Below, piece after piece: positions 37,327 to 47,593 of a stretch of 64,000 bases of DNA. The notes beneath the pieces are model-generated. The model searched no databases. It was not told the DNA's origin and saw nothing but the letters and a program-made list of their open reading frames with translations. Source of the DNA: a virus; IMG/VR virus record IMGVR_UViG_3300046318_000144, positions 1-64,000 of that record. The stretch is one strand, 5' to 3'. Position numbers and translations under genes: made by a program. How positions within the stretch are numbered: the stretch's first letter is position 1; each line of letters begins with the position of its first letter.

Positions 37327-39152
37327 TATGGATTTACCTTATCATCCTTGAGCAACTTAAGCAACTGATCTTTGTCACGAACAATCTGCTCAAAGTTATC
37401 TGCCTTGGTATCTAGAGCCTGGATAACACGCTCTTCGATAGTTCCTTCAGTCACGTAATCAGTAATAATAACTGAATCGTGGATCTCTGAACCGATACGG
37501 TGTACACGGTCCAAAGCTTGCTTGTGGTCTACAAGTGACCACGGTCTCTGTAGCATAACAAGACGACGAGCTGTTGTCAATGTCACACCAACTCCACCAG
37601 CCTGAGCAGTGAAAAGAATCCACTTAGTCTTACCAGACTGGAAGTCATCAATAGCCTGCTGACGCTCATCTTCATTCTGAGCACCAGTAATCAAGCCATG
37701 AGCAATCTTATTCTTAGTTAGGCGAGCACTCAATAGCTCAATGAGCTGACGAGATACCGCACAGACTGCGACAGAATCATCTCCAAAATCGCCATTGTCA
37801 ATATCATCCATAAGAGCATCTACCTTACATGAAGGTTCTGCTAGCAAAATCTTCTCTAGTCCAGTAGTTTCGTCTACAGTTACTTCAGCATAAGAACTTG
37901 CTAACTGCAATAGACGCAAAGTCTGAGTAAGAGGGTTAGGAGCAACTACAACATCTTCTACAGTTCCGCTACCAGCTTCTCCACGCTCAATCATTGCAAT
38001 CATGTTATCTCGCATCTGCTTATAAGCTTTTTGCTGTTTAGTAGACATTTCGATATCACGTCGCTCGTTAATGACCTCTGGCAGCCATGGAAGAACTACA
38101 GACTTCAACATTCTACGCATACGTGGGTTAATGGCAGCATAGAATTCATCTTCCATCTGAGGCTTAACACCAAGAACCATCATTCCACCGAAAGCATTGA
38201 GCATAGTGTTTACCATGCGGTCAATCCACTTGGTCTTGCTAGGCCACTCTTCAGGGGATAGCCAGTGGAGGATAGCCCATAAGTCTAGAACGTTATTAGC
38301 GATTGGAGTACCAGTAAGTGCGAATCTAATATCAGCATCACCAGTAGCAGAGAATAGAGCACGACTCTGCTTAGACTTAGGGTCTTTGGAGCGGTGAATC
38401 TCATCCGCAATAACAGACTTGAAGTCAATAACATTAAGTTCACGCTCGTGTACTTCGCATCGGGTTGGGGTTACTTTAGTGTCGTGACCGCCACAATCGG
38501 GGCAGCGAGCCAATCCAATAGAGCCATACGGGGCTAGTCGCGAATGAGAGCGTAGAGATTCCCAGTTAATTACATAAACCTGAGCTTCGTCTTCAAAGAC
38601 TTTACGACGCTGTACAGCACTACCCTTAATGACTGAGACATTTATGCCTGGCCACCACTTATCAAACTCACGTTCCCAATTCTTCTTTAGAGTGTTTGGG
38701 CAGACAATAAGTAGTGGAAATACATCTTCGCCACGGTCATGTAGTTCTTTGATTGCACGAATAGCCTGAGCAGTCTTACCAAGACCTGGCTCATCAGCTA
38801 GAAGTGCGCGACGTGCAGTTGCTAAAAACTGCACTCCAGCACGCTGGTGTGGGAATAAGTCTGCATCGCCATCCTCCATCATCTCTATTTCACGGAGAGC
38901 ATTAGCTGGGTTAATACGGTTTAGAACCTCGCTAGTCGCCCAAGCAGTAAGCCCAGGGCCAATAACTAAGTCCTGTCTAAAAGTTGATCGAAGAGCTAGA
39001 CAACTAGCCCACGAGGTGGGAATCTTCCAAATCTGCTCTTTAGCAGACCAAGAAGCTCCAGGAAGACTTTTGCATAGTTCTTTTAAACGCCACTCGGCGT
39101 TGATGATGATGTGTTTGCCCGTTGCATCGAGCTCTACATGTACTGTCATCAC
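37326..39152 (-). CDS. SNF2-family helicase with Zn-finger insertion
   Basis: LADEPGLGKT, DEIH, LTGTP, QALDRVHRIG; CPDC...CEVH insert. Confidence 0.9.
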   Translation of the reverse strand: MMTVHVELDATGKHIIINAEWRLKELCKSLPGASWSAKEQIWKIPTSWASCLALRSTFRQDLVIGPGLTAWATSEVLNRINPANALREIEMMEDGDADLFPHQRAGVQFLATARRALLADEPGLGKTAQAIRAIKELHDRGEDVFPLLIVCPNTLKKNWEREFDKWWPGINVSVIKGSAVQRRKVFEDEAQVYVINWESLRSHSRLAPYGSIGLARCPDCGGHDTKVTPTRCEVHERELNVIDFKSVIADEIHRSKDPKSKQSRALFSATGDADIRFALTGTPIANNVLDLWAILHWLSPEEWPSKTKWIDRMVNTMLNAFGGMMVLGVKPQMEDEFYAAINPRMRRMLKSVVLPWLPEVINERRDIEMSTKQQKAYKQMRDNMIAMIERGEAGSGTVEDVVVAPNPLTQTLRLLQLASSYAEVTVDETTGLEKILLAEPSCKVDALMDDIDNGDFGDDSVAVCAVSRQLIELLSARLTKNKIAHGLITGAQNEDERQQAIDDFQSGKTKWILFTAQAGGVGVTLTTARRLVMLQRPWSLVDHKQALDRVHRIGSEIHDSVIITDYVTEGTIEERVIQALDTKADNFEQIVRDKDQLLKLLKDDKVNP

Positions 39153-39232
39153 TTCTTCTTTCTGTATATAAACATACTAACACATTTTTTATAGCAATAG
39201 TTGTTTTTTGCTAGTATTTTTTAAAAAGTTTT

Positions 39233-39706
39233 TTATTTGAGTAGATTAAGTGGCTTCCAACCACTCTTAACTAAACGTAGCAGACCATGGCGTATTGCGT
39301 CAAGTGCATGCCCTTCGCCGCCTTTATGCCAGTATTCAATCTTCTTTAGAGACTCATTAGAAAACATAGCCTTAGCGTCTGCTGGAGATTGAAAATAAAT
39401 GTCATCAGGCTTCATACCGATGTCCATCATTATCTGCTTAAGAATGCCAATCTGCTCTAGAGAAAAAGGAGCTTGAGAGTTACGTACAGTCTGAGCATTG
39501 ATAGTGAATCGCTCACACACAATCTCGATTGGTGTACCAGTCATGACTGCAGTACCTATTGCATCTCTAATAGGTGCTGCATATTCATCTTGCTGATACT
39601 CACCAGACATTAAAAGCTCTGGCTCTTGACCTACGGCATAGTGGAATAGTGCAATACCACTAGCCTTTCCTGGATCAACTGCAAGTATTAAACGATTATC
39701 AGACAT
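39233..39706 (-). CDS. RuvC-like Holliday junction resolvase
   Basis: ILAVDPG, VCERF, HALDAIRH. Confidence 0.7.
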   Translation of the reverse strand: MSDNRLILAVDPGKASGIALFHYAVGQEPELLMSGEYQQDEYAAPIRDAIGTAVMTGTPIEIVCERFTINAQTVRNSQAPFSLEQIGILKQIMMDIGMKPDDIYFQSPADAKAMFSNESLKKIEYWHKGGEGHALDAIRHGLLRLVKSGWKPLNLLK

Positions 39707-41516
39707 ATTTCTGTCCCCAGTTCTCTAGTGGTCCATCAACATCAGCAGTAAGTGGTACTGCCCAACCTTCGGTAGTTGTCATACATTCACGGACTATTTT
39801 TTGAATTTCTAGTGCATCTTTACGTGGAGCATTTAGAACAATTTCATCGTGCACTGGCACAATTAAAAGCTCTGTTAGGTCAGCTTGGTCAAGTTTAATT
39901 AGATTAGATTTAAACACCTCAGCTGCACCTCCTTGGATTAGGTAATTTACTAGAGTATACACACGATCCTCATCACAAGGCAAGCGACGTCCAGTCCAAG
40001 TATTCACATAACCCTGACCAGTCTCACGTAAACGACGCATTCCTACATCTTCTACCTTTTTCTGGAATAATGCCATACCAGGGAAACGCTCATCAAAAGC
40101 ATTAGATACTGAACGCATCTGCTCTTCTGGAACACCAGCAGTAAGAGCCTGCTTTGCTACACCTGCACCATATAGACGTCCATAAACTACACCCTTGATA
40201 AGGCCACGACGTTTATCTGACTTCTGCATTGTAGGGTCTTGATAAATCTCACGACCAATCTCAGTAAACGGGTCTGAGCCAGTAGCATCCGCAAGATTAA
40301 ATAGGCTAATAAGATTAGGGTCCTGTGATAGTGAAGAGAACATACGGAACTCAACCTGGTCAAGGTCCGAGGTAATGATTACGTGGTCATCATCCTTAGG
40401 CAAGAACGCACGACGAACAGTGTCATCACCTTTGGGGAGAGTCTGTAGTGCTGGGTTAGTAATAGACATACGTCCAGTACGGGCTCCCATAGTCTTCACG
40501 GACGGGTGTACAAAACCATTCACGTTATCATTAATGAAGTTAGAAAAATAGGTATTAGCTATTTTGTCAGCTTTACGTTGCTTTAGTGCAGTAGCTGCTA
40601 ATTCTTGAACTGCTGGAGAGCCATTTATAGTCAAAAGCTTGAGCTGGTCAGCTGAAGCAGACTTGGCACCAGATGGCGTAGTTTCAGTAATAATTGCACC
40701 CATGGACTCAAACTGTCGAACTAGCTGGGCATTACTGGTAATAGAGAATCCATAAGATGTCTTGGCCCAAGCCTTAACCTGCTCCGTGTAGTCGATGAGG
40801 TCTTGATACTTCTGCTTTGAGTACTCCAAGTCAAGACGTGCACCATTTAACTCCATACGAGTTACGATACGGCGAGTAGACATTTCTAGCTCGTATGCAC
40901 GATTATATGGTTGTCCAGGACCACACTTTTCCCAGAACTGCTCAAATAGACGCATGGTCAAAATAGTATCTAGAGCACCATAAGACCAATAGGGCTCATA
41001 GTCAACTGGAACTGTTCCCCAGGTCCAACCATTCTTAGATAGGCCAGCATCTAACCCCTCTTGAAGAGCAGCAGCCATGGGGTCAACATACTGAGCAGTA
41101 AGTTTCTTCAAAGCACCAGAGCCCAGTGGGTCAATAAGCTGAGCCATAATCATGGTGTCATGGGAACGATGCCAAGGCATACTCCAGCGAGAACAAATCT
41201 CAAACCACTTAGCTTCGAAAGCAATGTTATGACAGACAATTAAACCATCAAACTTAGACATGGCTTCATAAAAAACACCAGACCAGTCATCCCATGGGAT
41301 AGCCCAACCAGTGAGCCCATCCCCAACCTGTACTAGACGAAGTTGTCCATGCCAAGGAGATAGTGCATCTTGTCTATGACCACCAGGAAGCTCCCCAGTT
41401 TCAGTATCAATTGCAATTGCATTATGTGGGCGGCGTTCACCTAGCCAGCGTATAAACTTTTCAGCTTGTTCAACACTGTCTACAAGCTCCAGTCTTACAT
41501 TTTCTAGTCCTGGCAT
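39699..41516 (-). CDS. polA: Family A DNA polymerase with 3'-5' exonuclease
   Basis: DTET, HNIAFE, DTMI, TGRMS..PALQ, DLDQVEFR, KGVVYGRLYG, NYLIQG, VHDE. Confidence 0.93.
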   Translation of the reverse strand: MPGLENVRLELVDSVEQAEKFIRWLGERRPHNAIAIDTETGELPGGHRQDALSPWHGQLRLVQVGDGLTGWAIPWDDWSGVFYEAMSKFDGLIVCHNIAFEAKWFEICSRWSMPWHRSHDTMIMAQLIDPLGSGALKKLTAQYVDPMAAALQEGLDAGLSKNGWTWGTVPVDYEPYWSYGALDTILTMRLFEQFWEKCGPGQPYNRAYELEMSTRRIVTRMELNGARLDLEYSKQKYQDLIDYTEQVKAWAKTSYGFSITSNAQLVRQFESMGAIITETTPSGAKSASADQLKLLTINGSPAVQELAATALKQRKADKIANTYFSNFINDNVNGFVHPSVKTMGARTGRMSITNPALQTLPKGDDTVRRAFLPKDDDHVIITSDLDQVEFRMFSSLSQDPNLISLFNLADATGSDPFTEIGREIYQDPTMQKSDKRRGLIKGVVYGRLYGAGVAKQALTAGVPEEQMRSVSNAFDERFPGMALFQKKVEDVGMRRLRETGQGYVNTWTGRRLPCDEDRVYTLVNYLIQGGAAEVFKSNLIKLDQADLTELLIVPVHDEIVLNAPRKDALEIQKIVRECMTTTEGWAVPLTADVDGPLENWGQKYV

Positions 41517-41982
41517 CTTTGTCCTTTATCGTCTCTACATCTATACCGCAAGCTTTTAGGTAATCTAAAACAACTTCTGGATTGCGGTGAGAATCCTTTT
41601 CAGTTACTACTGCTACAACCTTAGCAAGTCCCGAGTTAGAAATCAACTTAGCACATTGCATGCACGGGGCAGCTGTGACATATATAGTACCACCCTCTAC
41701 TGCAGATCTGTCAACATATAGTAGAGCATTAGCTTCTGCATGGATAGCAGGACAAGCGTCATACATATTATCTAGAGGAGCTTCCCCACGAGCCCTGGGA
41801 CACCAATTAGAGCATTCACCCTTTACAGGGTAGTTTGCAGCTGGACCATTATATCCAGTAGCACAGATACGACCATTCTTATCTACAATGACAGCACCTA
41901 TCTGGGCACGAGAGCATCTAGCTCTAAGACCAACAGTTTCAGCTACTGACATCCAGGTTTCTTGCCAAGATTGTCTGCACAT
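41470..41982 (-). CDS. dCMP deaminase
   Basis: CSRAQIGAVIV, TGYNG, HAEANAL, PCMQC. Confidence 0.9.
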   Translation of the reverse strand: MCRQSWQETWMSVAETVGLRARCSRAQIGAVIVDKNGRICATGYNGPAANYPVKGECSNWCPRARGEAPLDNMYDACPAIHAEANALLYVDRSAVEGGTIYVTAAPCMQCAKLISNSGLAKVVAVVTEKDSHRNPEVVLDYLKACGIDVETIKDKDARTRKCKTGACRQC

Positions 41983-42452
41983 TATGGGATTATTTCTACC
42001 TTATAGATATTTGAAATATTCTGGTCAGCCTTGCCAGCTGTATCAAGTAGTCTTTGAGCAACATTAGTTAGGTAGCGTGCTCCGCCGTCATCGTACTTAT
42101 ATAAAGCATCTAGCACAGCGGTGGCTTCTTCACTAACCTGAGCCCAGTATCTACTTTTTTCTGGAAAAACTAAAGCAGCCGAGTGGTCAGGGCAGCACTC
42201 TTCACAAGGCAAGGCATCACTTCTGAGTTCTTGGCATTCAATCTCTTGAAGTCCATATCTCTTCACAAGAGGACACGTTGAACCGTGGAATATAAGCGAT
42301 ACCCCAACCCTAGACAGAATGTAAGAGCCACTTTCTGTTTTATAGAGTTTAAACTCGATCCATCTAGTGGATCCTTTTTTCCAAGAAGTAGACTCGCCTA
42401 GAAGAGTTCCGTTAAATTGGAGCGTTCTTGCTCCATCACGAACTTCTAGCAT
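41982..42452 (-). CDS. Conserved hypothetical phage protein
   Basis: Start moved to ATG 42452 (MLEVRDG..RWIEFKLYKTESGSYIL..H..C..CEEC). Confidence 0.65.
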   Translation of the reverse strand: MLEVRDGARTLQFNGTLLGESTSWKKGSTRWIEFKLYKTESGSYILSRVGVSLIFHGSTCPLVKRYGLQEIECQELRSDALPCEECCPDHSAALVFPEKSRYWAQVSEEATAVLDALYKYDDGGARYLTNVAQRLLDTAGKADQNISNIYKVEIIP

Positions 42453-42453
42453 T

Positions 42454-42648
42454 TTACTTATCTGACTGCTCTGACTTACCTGAAAGCTCTGCAACCTTGC
42501 TTGTAAGTTCTTCAGTCTTCTTGCGCTCTGCAACTAGCAGGGCCTCAAGCTCTGCTGCAAGACTCATGGCTTTAGACAACTGCTCACGAGTAATTGCAAG
42601 GACATTGTCATAGACAGTTGGCTGGTTATTCTGATTTTGAGTAGACAT
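42454..42648 (-). CDS. Small coiled-coil protein
   Basis: MSTQNQ.. start at 42648 with GAGA SD; heptad pattern. Confidence 0.6.
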   Translation of the reverse strand: MSTQNQNNQPTVYDNVLAITREQLSKAMSLAAELEALLVAERKKTEELTSKVAELSGKSEQSDK

Positions 42649-42689
42649 ATATTTCTCTTTTCGTCTTGTAGTGTATTTCAATAATACCA

Positions 42690-42869
42690 CTAATTACAGC
42701 TATGGATGTAGCTAACAGCATAGGAATAGTTAGTAAATCTATCCATTTCTCTTTTAGTAACACTGTCCATAACTACAAAGTAGGTTAACACTTCTGGCTC
42801 CCACTTTTTGGAAACTTCGTTAAATACTTCTCCACCAGAGGAGTCTTCTATTTTTTCAATATAGTACAT
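42690..42869 (-). CDS. 59-aa hypothetical protein (not in ORF track)
   Basis: AAGGA SD; MYYIEKIEDSSGGEVFNEVSKKWEPEVLTYFVVMDSVTKREMDRFTNYSYAVSYIHSCN; fills the gap exactly. Confidence 0.65.
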   Translation of the reverse strand: MYYIEKIEDSSGGEVFNEVSKKWEPEVLTYFVVMDSVTKREMDRFTNYSYAVSYIHSCN

Positions 42870-42877
42870 ATTATTCC

Positions 42878-45800
42878 TTAAGCTATCGGAGTTACAGACA
42901 GTGATCGTCTAGAAACGGTTGCTGTATCGGAGTTAGTCTTAACTGCATGCACCAATACATATGAGGTATTAGCTAGACCATTAAATATCCAGAAGCCGCT
43001 ATTGGATGTAGCCACATTTCCAGCGAGTATCACCGATCTAGAGTCATCAGCAGCAACTACTGGAGTAGCTGGTAGAGATGCATGACTATCAGTGTATACA
43101 CCTGAATACTTCCAGATCTCAAACGACGTGGTTAAAGTATTTGTAGAGTTTGTACCATATCCCTCTGTCCCAAAGGATATCTGAGCAGCACCCGTCGGAC
43201 CAGTTTTGAAGTAGACATAGCAAGAATCATCAGTTAAGCGATAATCATCTGGATAAACGCCAGTAAAGAAATTAGCGTAAGCCGTGTCAGTAAATGCTTT
43301 AGTGTAACTGTAGTTAAAGTACACTGCATGGTATCTAGTAGCTATAGAACTAACCACATCATTTATTGGTTTATCAGTTCCTTGATAGGTTTTTGTTGAA
43401 TAATTTAAATCAAAAATAGGCTGATTAGTGTTGCTAGATAGACTGAATGAGTCAGTATTTATAACCACTGAGTCAGAAGAAATTACTACCTCACCTAGGC
43501 TTGACCTAGCATCGTACCAAAGAGAGATGTAGTTATTATCTTTAGTAGTTACCGTACTAGAACCAGAGTAGTCATACAGGTGTTTTCTAGCTACTAGCTC
43601 GATTCCAGAAGATCCATTAGTTGTATATGTACCTACGTAAGGCTTTACATAGCTGTGAATCTGGTTATCGTCAGTACCATAAGAGTACTCAGGGCCAGAA
43701 AATACAGCAGACCAAGTGCTGTAGTATGGCTGGGTACGCTGTATGGGGTCTATAGAAAGATCGGCTACCGATACGTTGGCATTATTAAATAACCCATAAG
43801 ACTCTTCATCAACTACTAGTGAATCTACTCGCAGGTAGGAAGTTTGAGTACTTAAGTCAACGTCAATCCAACGCTTACCAGATTTTACTGATGCTGTATT
43901 TGGATCAGTAACTTCCTCAGCTGCCTCTAGACCATACCAAGAATAAAAGTCTTCATTGCTAGATGCTCCAAAGAAAAAATCATCCTCTGTACTTAGATAA
44001 ACATTATCAATAATGTATCCAGAAGTAGATTTAACATTGGTCTTACTGCCTACAGCAGACACCCAAGCTGGATTTAGAGAAGCCTGACCATTAGGAACTC
44101 CAGACATTCTATATAACCAACCAGGAAATACTACATAGATTGGGACTTCCGCGGCGTATTCATCGGGAGAAAGTTCTTGATATTTTGCATCTATTTTTAC
44201 AGGGTCAAGTTCTAATCCTGGACTCTCTCTGTGAACCCCATTTACACTATCCCACATCATTAGGGGGATGTCATTTCTATAAATATTAGAGGATACTTTA
44301 TATTTTTGATCAGGTTTAGAAGTAAAGTTATAAACCATCAGATCTTCAATAGATACTCTATTTGATGTACTACTGCCAAATTGGATTTTAATTTCACTAA
44401 GATCCATAGCGACGTTAGCGCCTTGTCTAGCTAAAAGACCATAGTGTGCGATATAAGAAGCTGATACTTCTCTATCAGGCTCTAAAGTAAACTCCACATC
44501 AGGGCCTGGTGATGTCCAGGATATTGTTCTATTATCTGCACCAGTAGTGTCTAAAATTACATCGTTAAGAATATCAAAACTAGTATCCTGTTCGATACTT
44601 ATAGCAATCTTATCTCCCTTACTAAATATCTTATAGTCAGAGTATCTTTCAGGTTGCTGAGGGAGAGTTATATAAGCTATGTTATCTACTCGTTTTATAA
44701 CTAACCCACCGAGATTTACATAGTCAGAAGTAACTAAGCCCCAGGGTTTGGTAGGGTCATTATCTAGTGAGTTAGGAAGGTCTGCAAAAAAACTATCCTC
44801 TCTATAGCCATTTACAGCCATATACTGTACACAATGGTAGGAACCACCAAACTCTCTACCATTATTTATAACTAGCGTATTTCCACTAACTGATTCAACA
44901 AACATAATGTCAGTAAGTGGCAATGAACCAAAGTTAAGCCAATCAGCAACTCCATCGTCCCACTGAGGGAAAGTACCATTGCTATCATACTGAGCGGTTA
45001 GATAGTCACTTGAACCATATAGTGCAAAAAATTTATTAAAGACAATAGGGTCACCAGCTTCAAAAGTATGACCAGACGGAACTGTAACATAGATATAGTT
45101 GTCACCCTGAGTGTACTCTATTCCAGGTACTGAAGTATATAGTCCACTACCAGTAAAGTTCCACTCGCTATAAGTATCACCTAAGTAGAGATATTTATTA
45201 TTGTAATTAGCAAAGACATCAAAGTTCAGGTATAAAGATTTTCTACCAGAAACAATACCAAATTTCTTGGTAACTTCCCAGTCAACTGTAGCCACTACAT
45301 AATCATTCTTATCTCCTGACCACGTGACAGCTAGTCCGTACTCACTGGAGCTCTGTAGTGGGGGAGTTATGGTAGTTAGCTGCTTAGTTGCAATAGCAAT
45401 ATTTGTAGTACCAGTGACTGATGTTGACCACCCAGAAGTACTAGAAATAGGGCTATAAGTAGCTGTATTGAATTGTTTATATTCAAAACTTGGATTATTT
45501 ATCAGGTTTAGAGAGCTAGCAGCTACATATTTAACACCTTGACTAGAAAAGTACCCGTAGTCTAGATATGCCCTACCGTAGTCTTGAATGTATAAACCAG
45601 CTATGTCGAGTAGCGACTGAGACACAAGCCCAAAATACTCATCTTCATCAGTTTCGTAGAGGATATCGGCTGATGTCCCTAGAATACTGTATTTAATATA
45701 ATCGTCAGAAGTTTCAATAACCTGTACGGCAACATTTCCAGTACTAAATATAGTGTCATCATCAATATCGACATATACATAGTCATTCACCTCGAAGGTG

Positions 45801-46294
45801 TGGCCTGGTATGTGAATAGTTGCTATATTATTTGTTAGAGATCTTCCAGTAATAGGTACGGTATCTTTAGGAGCAACTTTAAAAAGACCTACATAGAGTC
45901 CGCTAGTCTTACCATCATCACTATCACCTAAGTCTTCACTCTCTAGATATGTTCCAAATAGAGTTTCTCCACCTATGACTCGCTCTACACCGCCAGAGCT
46001 AATATTCCAGTTTCCAATACTTCCAGACTCGGCGTTTATGTCACCGCGAACTAGTACATTTGCAAACTCGGCGTTGCCAGATCCCGATATCCTCCAACCA
46101 GCTAAACCTTCTTGGTAGTTTTCACTCTGAAGAATTGAAGTTGATAGTATTAGCTCGTTAGATAGCGAGGCCCCAGTTATTGAGCCATCAGCTATTGCTG
46201 GTGCTGGTTGGTTCTTTAGTGTTTTTACATCGTGATTTACGGCAGCAATGTATGAACTAAAGCTTCTAGTTCTTCTTACTCTTTTATTCGCCAA
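42878..46294 (-). CDS. Minor tail protein / central tail fibre
   Basis: SENYQEGLAGWRISGSGNAEF..VRGDI.AESGSIG.W tail-tip motif; NLINNPSFE CBM-like motif; follows the hub gene. Confidence 0.75.
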   Translation of the reverse strand: MANKRVRRTRSFSSYIAAVNHDVKTLKNQPAPAIADGSITGASLSNELILSTSILQSENYQEGLAGWRISGSGNAEFANVLVRGDINAESGSIGNWNISSGGVERVIGGETLFGTYLESEDLGDSDDGKTSGLYVGLFKVAPKDTVPITGRSLTNNIATIHIPGHTFEVNDYVYVDIDDDTIFSTGNVAVQVIETSDDYIKYSILGTSADILYETDEDEYFGLVSQSLLDIAGLYIQDYGRAYLDYGYFSSQGVKYVAASSLNLINNPSFEYKQFNTATYSPISSTSGWSTSVTGTTNIAIATKQLTTITPPLQSSSEYGLAVTWSGDKNDYVVATVDWEVTKKFGIVSGRKSLYLNFDVFANYNNKYLYLGDTYSEWNFTGSGLYTSVPGIEYTQGDNYIYVTVPSGHTFEAGDPIVFNKFFALYGSSDYLTAQYDSNGTFPQWDDGVADWLNFGSLPLTDIMFVESVSGNTLVINNGREFGGSYHCVQYMAVNGYREDSFFADLPNSLDNDPTKPWGLVTSDYVNLGGLVIKRVDNIAYITLPQQPERYSDYKIFSKGDKIAISIEQDTSFDILNDVILDTTGADNRTISWTSPGPDVEFTLEPDREVSASYIAHYGLLARQGANVAMDLSEIKIQFGSSTSNRVSIEDLMVYNFTSKPDQKYKVSSNIYRNDIPLMMWDSVNGVHRESPGLELDPVKIDAKYQELSPDEYAAEVPIYVVFPGWLYRMSGVPNGQASLNPAWVSAVGSKTNVKSTSGYIIDNVYLSTEDDFFFGASSNEDFYSWYGLEAAEEVTDPNTASVKSGKRWIDVDLSTQTSYLRVDSLVVDEESYGLFNNANVSVADLSIDPIQRTQPYYSTWSAVFSGPEYSYGTDDNQIHSYVKPYVGTYTTNGSSGIELVARKHLYDYSGSSTVTTKDNNYISLWYDARSSLGEVVISSDSVVINTDSFSLSSNTNQPIFDLNYSTKTYQGTDKPINDVVSSIATRYHAVYFNYSYTKAFTDTAYANFFTGVYPDDYRLTDDSCYVYFKTGPTGAAQISFGTEGYGTNSTNTLTTSFEIWKYSGVYTDSHASLPATPVVAADDSRSVILAGNVATSNSGFWIFNGLANTSYVLVHAVKTNSDTATVSRRSLSVTPIA

Positions 46295-47519
46295 CTCGGT
46301 CTACCTGCCAATCAACTATCAAAGTCAATGATACTTCTTCGGGGAAAGCTGGATTATTAGGTACTGTCACTGATACGGAGTCTATCTTCCTAACAAATAT
46401 ATCTTTTCTCGGCTCTAATACCGTGTTTAGACGCTGCTTTATAAACTCATCATTAACAACGATGGAGCACCAGTTTCCTGGTTTGTATGTACCAATCAAC
46501 GGGCTTATAGACCCATTAACAGTAATTGATATGTCACTAATCGGTGGTCTAGACTCATACAGATATCTCCTAGCAGTGTTGTGGAAGTCCAACTCGCTAT
46601 CATAGTTACCCCAGCGGTCTACTATGGCTTCTTGACTATTAGTAACGGACCACTCTACATTTTCTGCTCTATCTAAGATAGGCCAGCCATCTCTAAGTAA
46701 ATCGGTGGCAGATGCTGCTGAATAGGTAGCATCTCCACCACCAGACTCATTGCTAGTACCACTTATGAACATTCTTGTAGCAGCATTTTCAGAGCTTTCC
46801 GCAAGACTCAGGTCGATAATATTTCCAGGATATTCAAATACAATTTTGTCAGCACCTAAAATAGATGGGTCAACTACTTGACCAGTAGCTAAGCCTCGAT
46901 ATGTAACCCCTGTAGTGTAGTCTAGGCGCTCAGGGAGTGAGTCAAGATACTCTGTAAGACTCTTAGGCTTGGTAGGGCTTAGTACAAATGTTCTGGTGAA
47001 ATAGGAATCTCCTGCACCGTCAACTACTCTGTTGCACTCTATTCGGTAATCAAAACCATTGAGAGAGTTAGAATACTTCTCTACTACATCTGAAATGGTA
47101 GTTAGCTCAGATCCTCTAATTATTTCATTTTTTGCAACGTCAGAGCTGTAGTCAGTAGTGGAGAAGTCCATACCACCAATACCAGCACTCTGAGTAAACT
47201 CTCCATAGCTTGCAACAAATAGTGTAGGTTCTACAGAAACCATAGGGGATGGGATTATAACTCCGTTATAGTCTTCATCTATAGCATTGTATGAGTATGG
47301 GGCAGCCTTTTCGCTACCAGTAAGTCTGGCTCGAGCAGTATCAGCTATGCCAGTAGCTACTTTTATAGTCCTGGCTCCAATCAAAGTTATAGTTTTTACA
47401 CCATTCAAAGATGAATAAGTGCTAGTAAACCCAGACAAGGTAATTTGATCGCCTACACAGTAGTTGTGGAGCCTGTTTTCTTTAATCCACAGCTGGGCAA
47501 TTCCATTATCGATTTGCAC
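46284..47519 (-). CDS. Minor tail (hub/Tal-like) protein, C-terminal part of a frameshifted gene
   Basis: NGFDYRI, FEYPGNI, YKPGNW; frame stays open upstream to about 47622. Confidence 0.7.
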   Translation of the reverse strand: MQIDNGIAQLWIKENRLHNYCVGDQITLSGFTSTYSSLNGVKTITLIGARTIKVATGIADTARARLTGSEKAAPYSYNAIDEDYNGVIIPSPMVSVEPTLFVASYGEFTQSAGIGGMDFSTTDYSSDVAKNEIIRGSELTTISDVVEKYSNSLNGFDYRIECNRVVDGAGDSYFTRTFVLSPTKPKSLTEYLDSLPERLDYTTGVTYRGLATGQVVDPSILGADKIVFEYPGNIIDLSLAESSENAATRMFISGTSNESGGGDATYSAASATDLLRDGWPILDRAENVEWSVTNSQEAIVDRWGNYDSELDFHNTARRYLYESRPPISDISITVNGSISPLIGTYKPGNWCSIVVNDEFIKQRLNTVLEPRKDIFVRKIDSVSVTVPNNPAFPEEVSLTLIVDWQVDRVGE

Positions 47520-47593
47520 ATATTCGATATCTAAATTGACATTATTTATAGATGCAATTCCACCAGAGACAAATACTGAGGTCTCCGAACTGG

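Noticed and set aside
41470-41516. 47-nt overlap of the dCMP deaminase tail with polA, Cys-rich end KCKTGACRQC
   Set aside because: Probably incidental read-on into the polA alternative frame; no evidence of function
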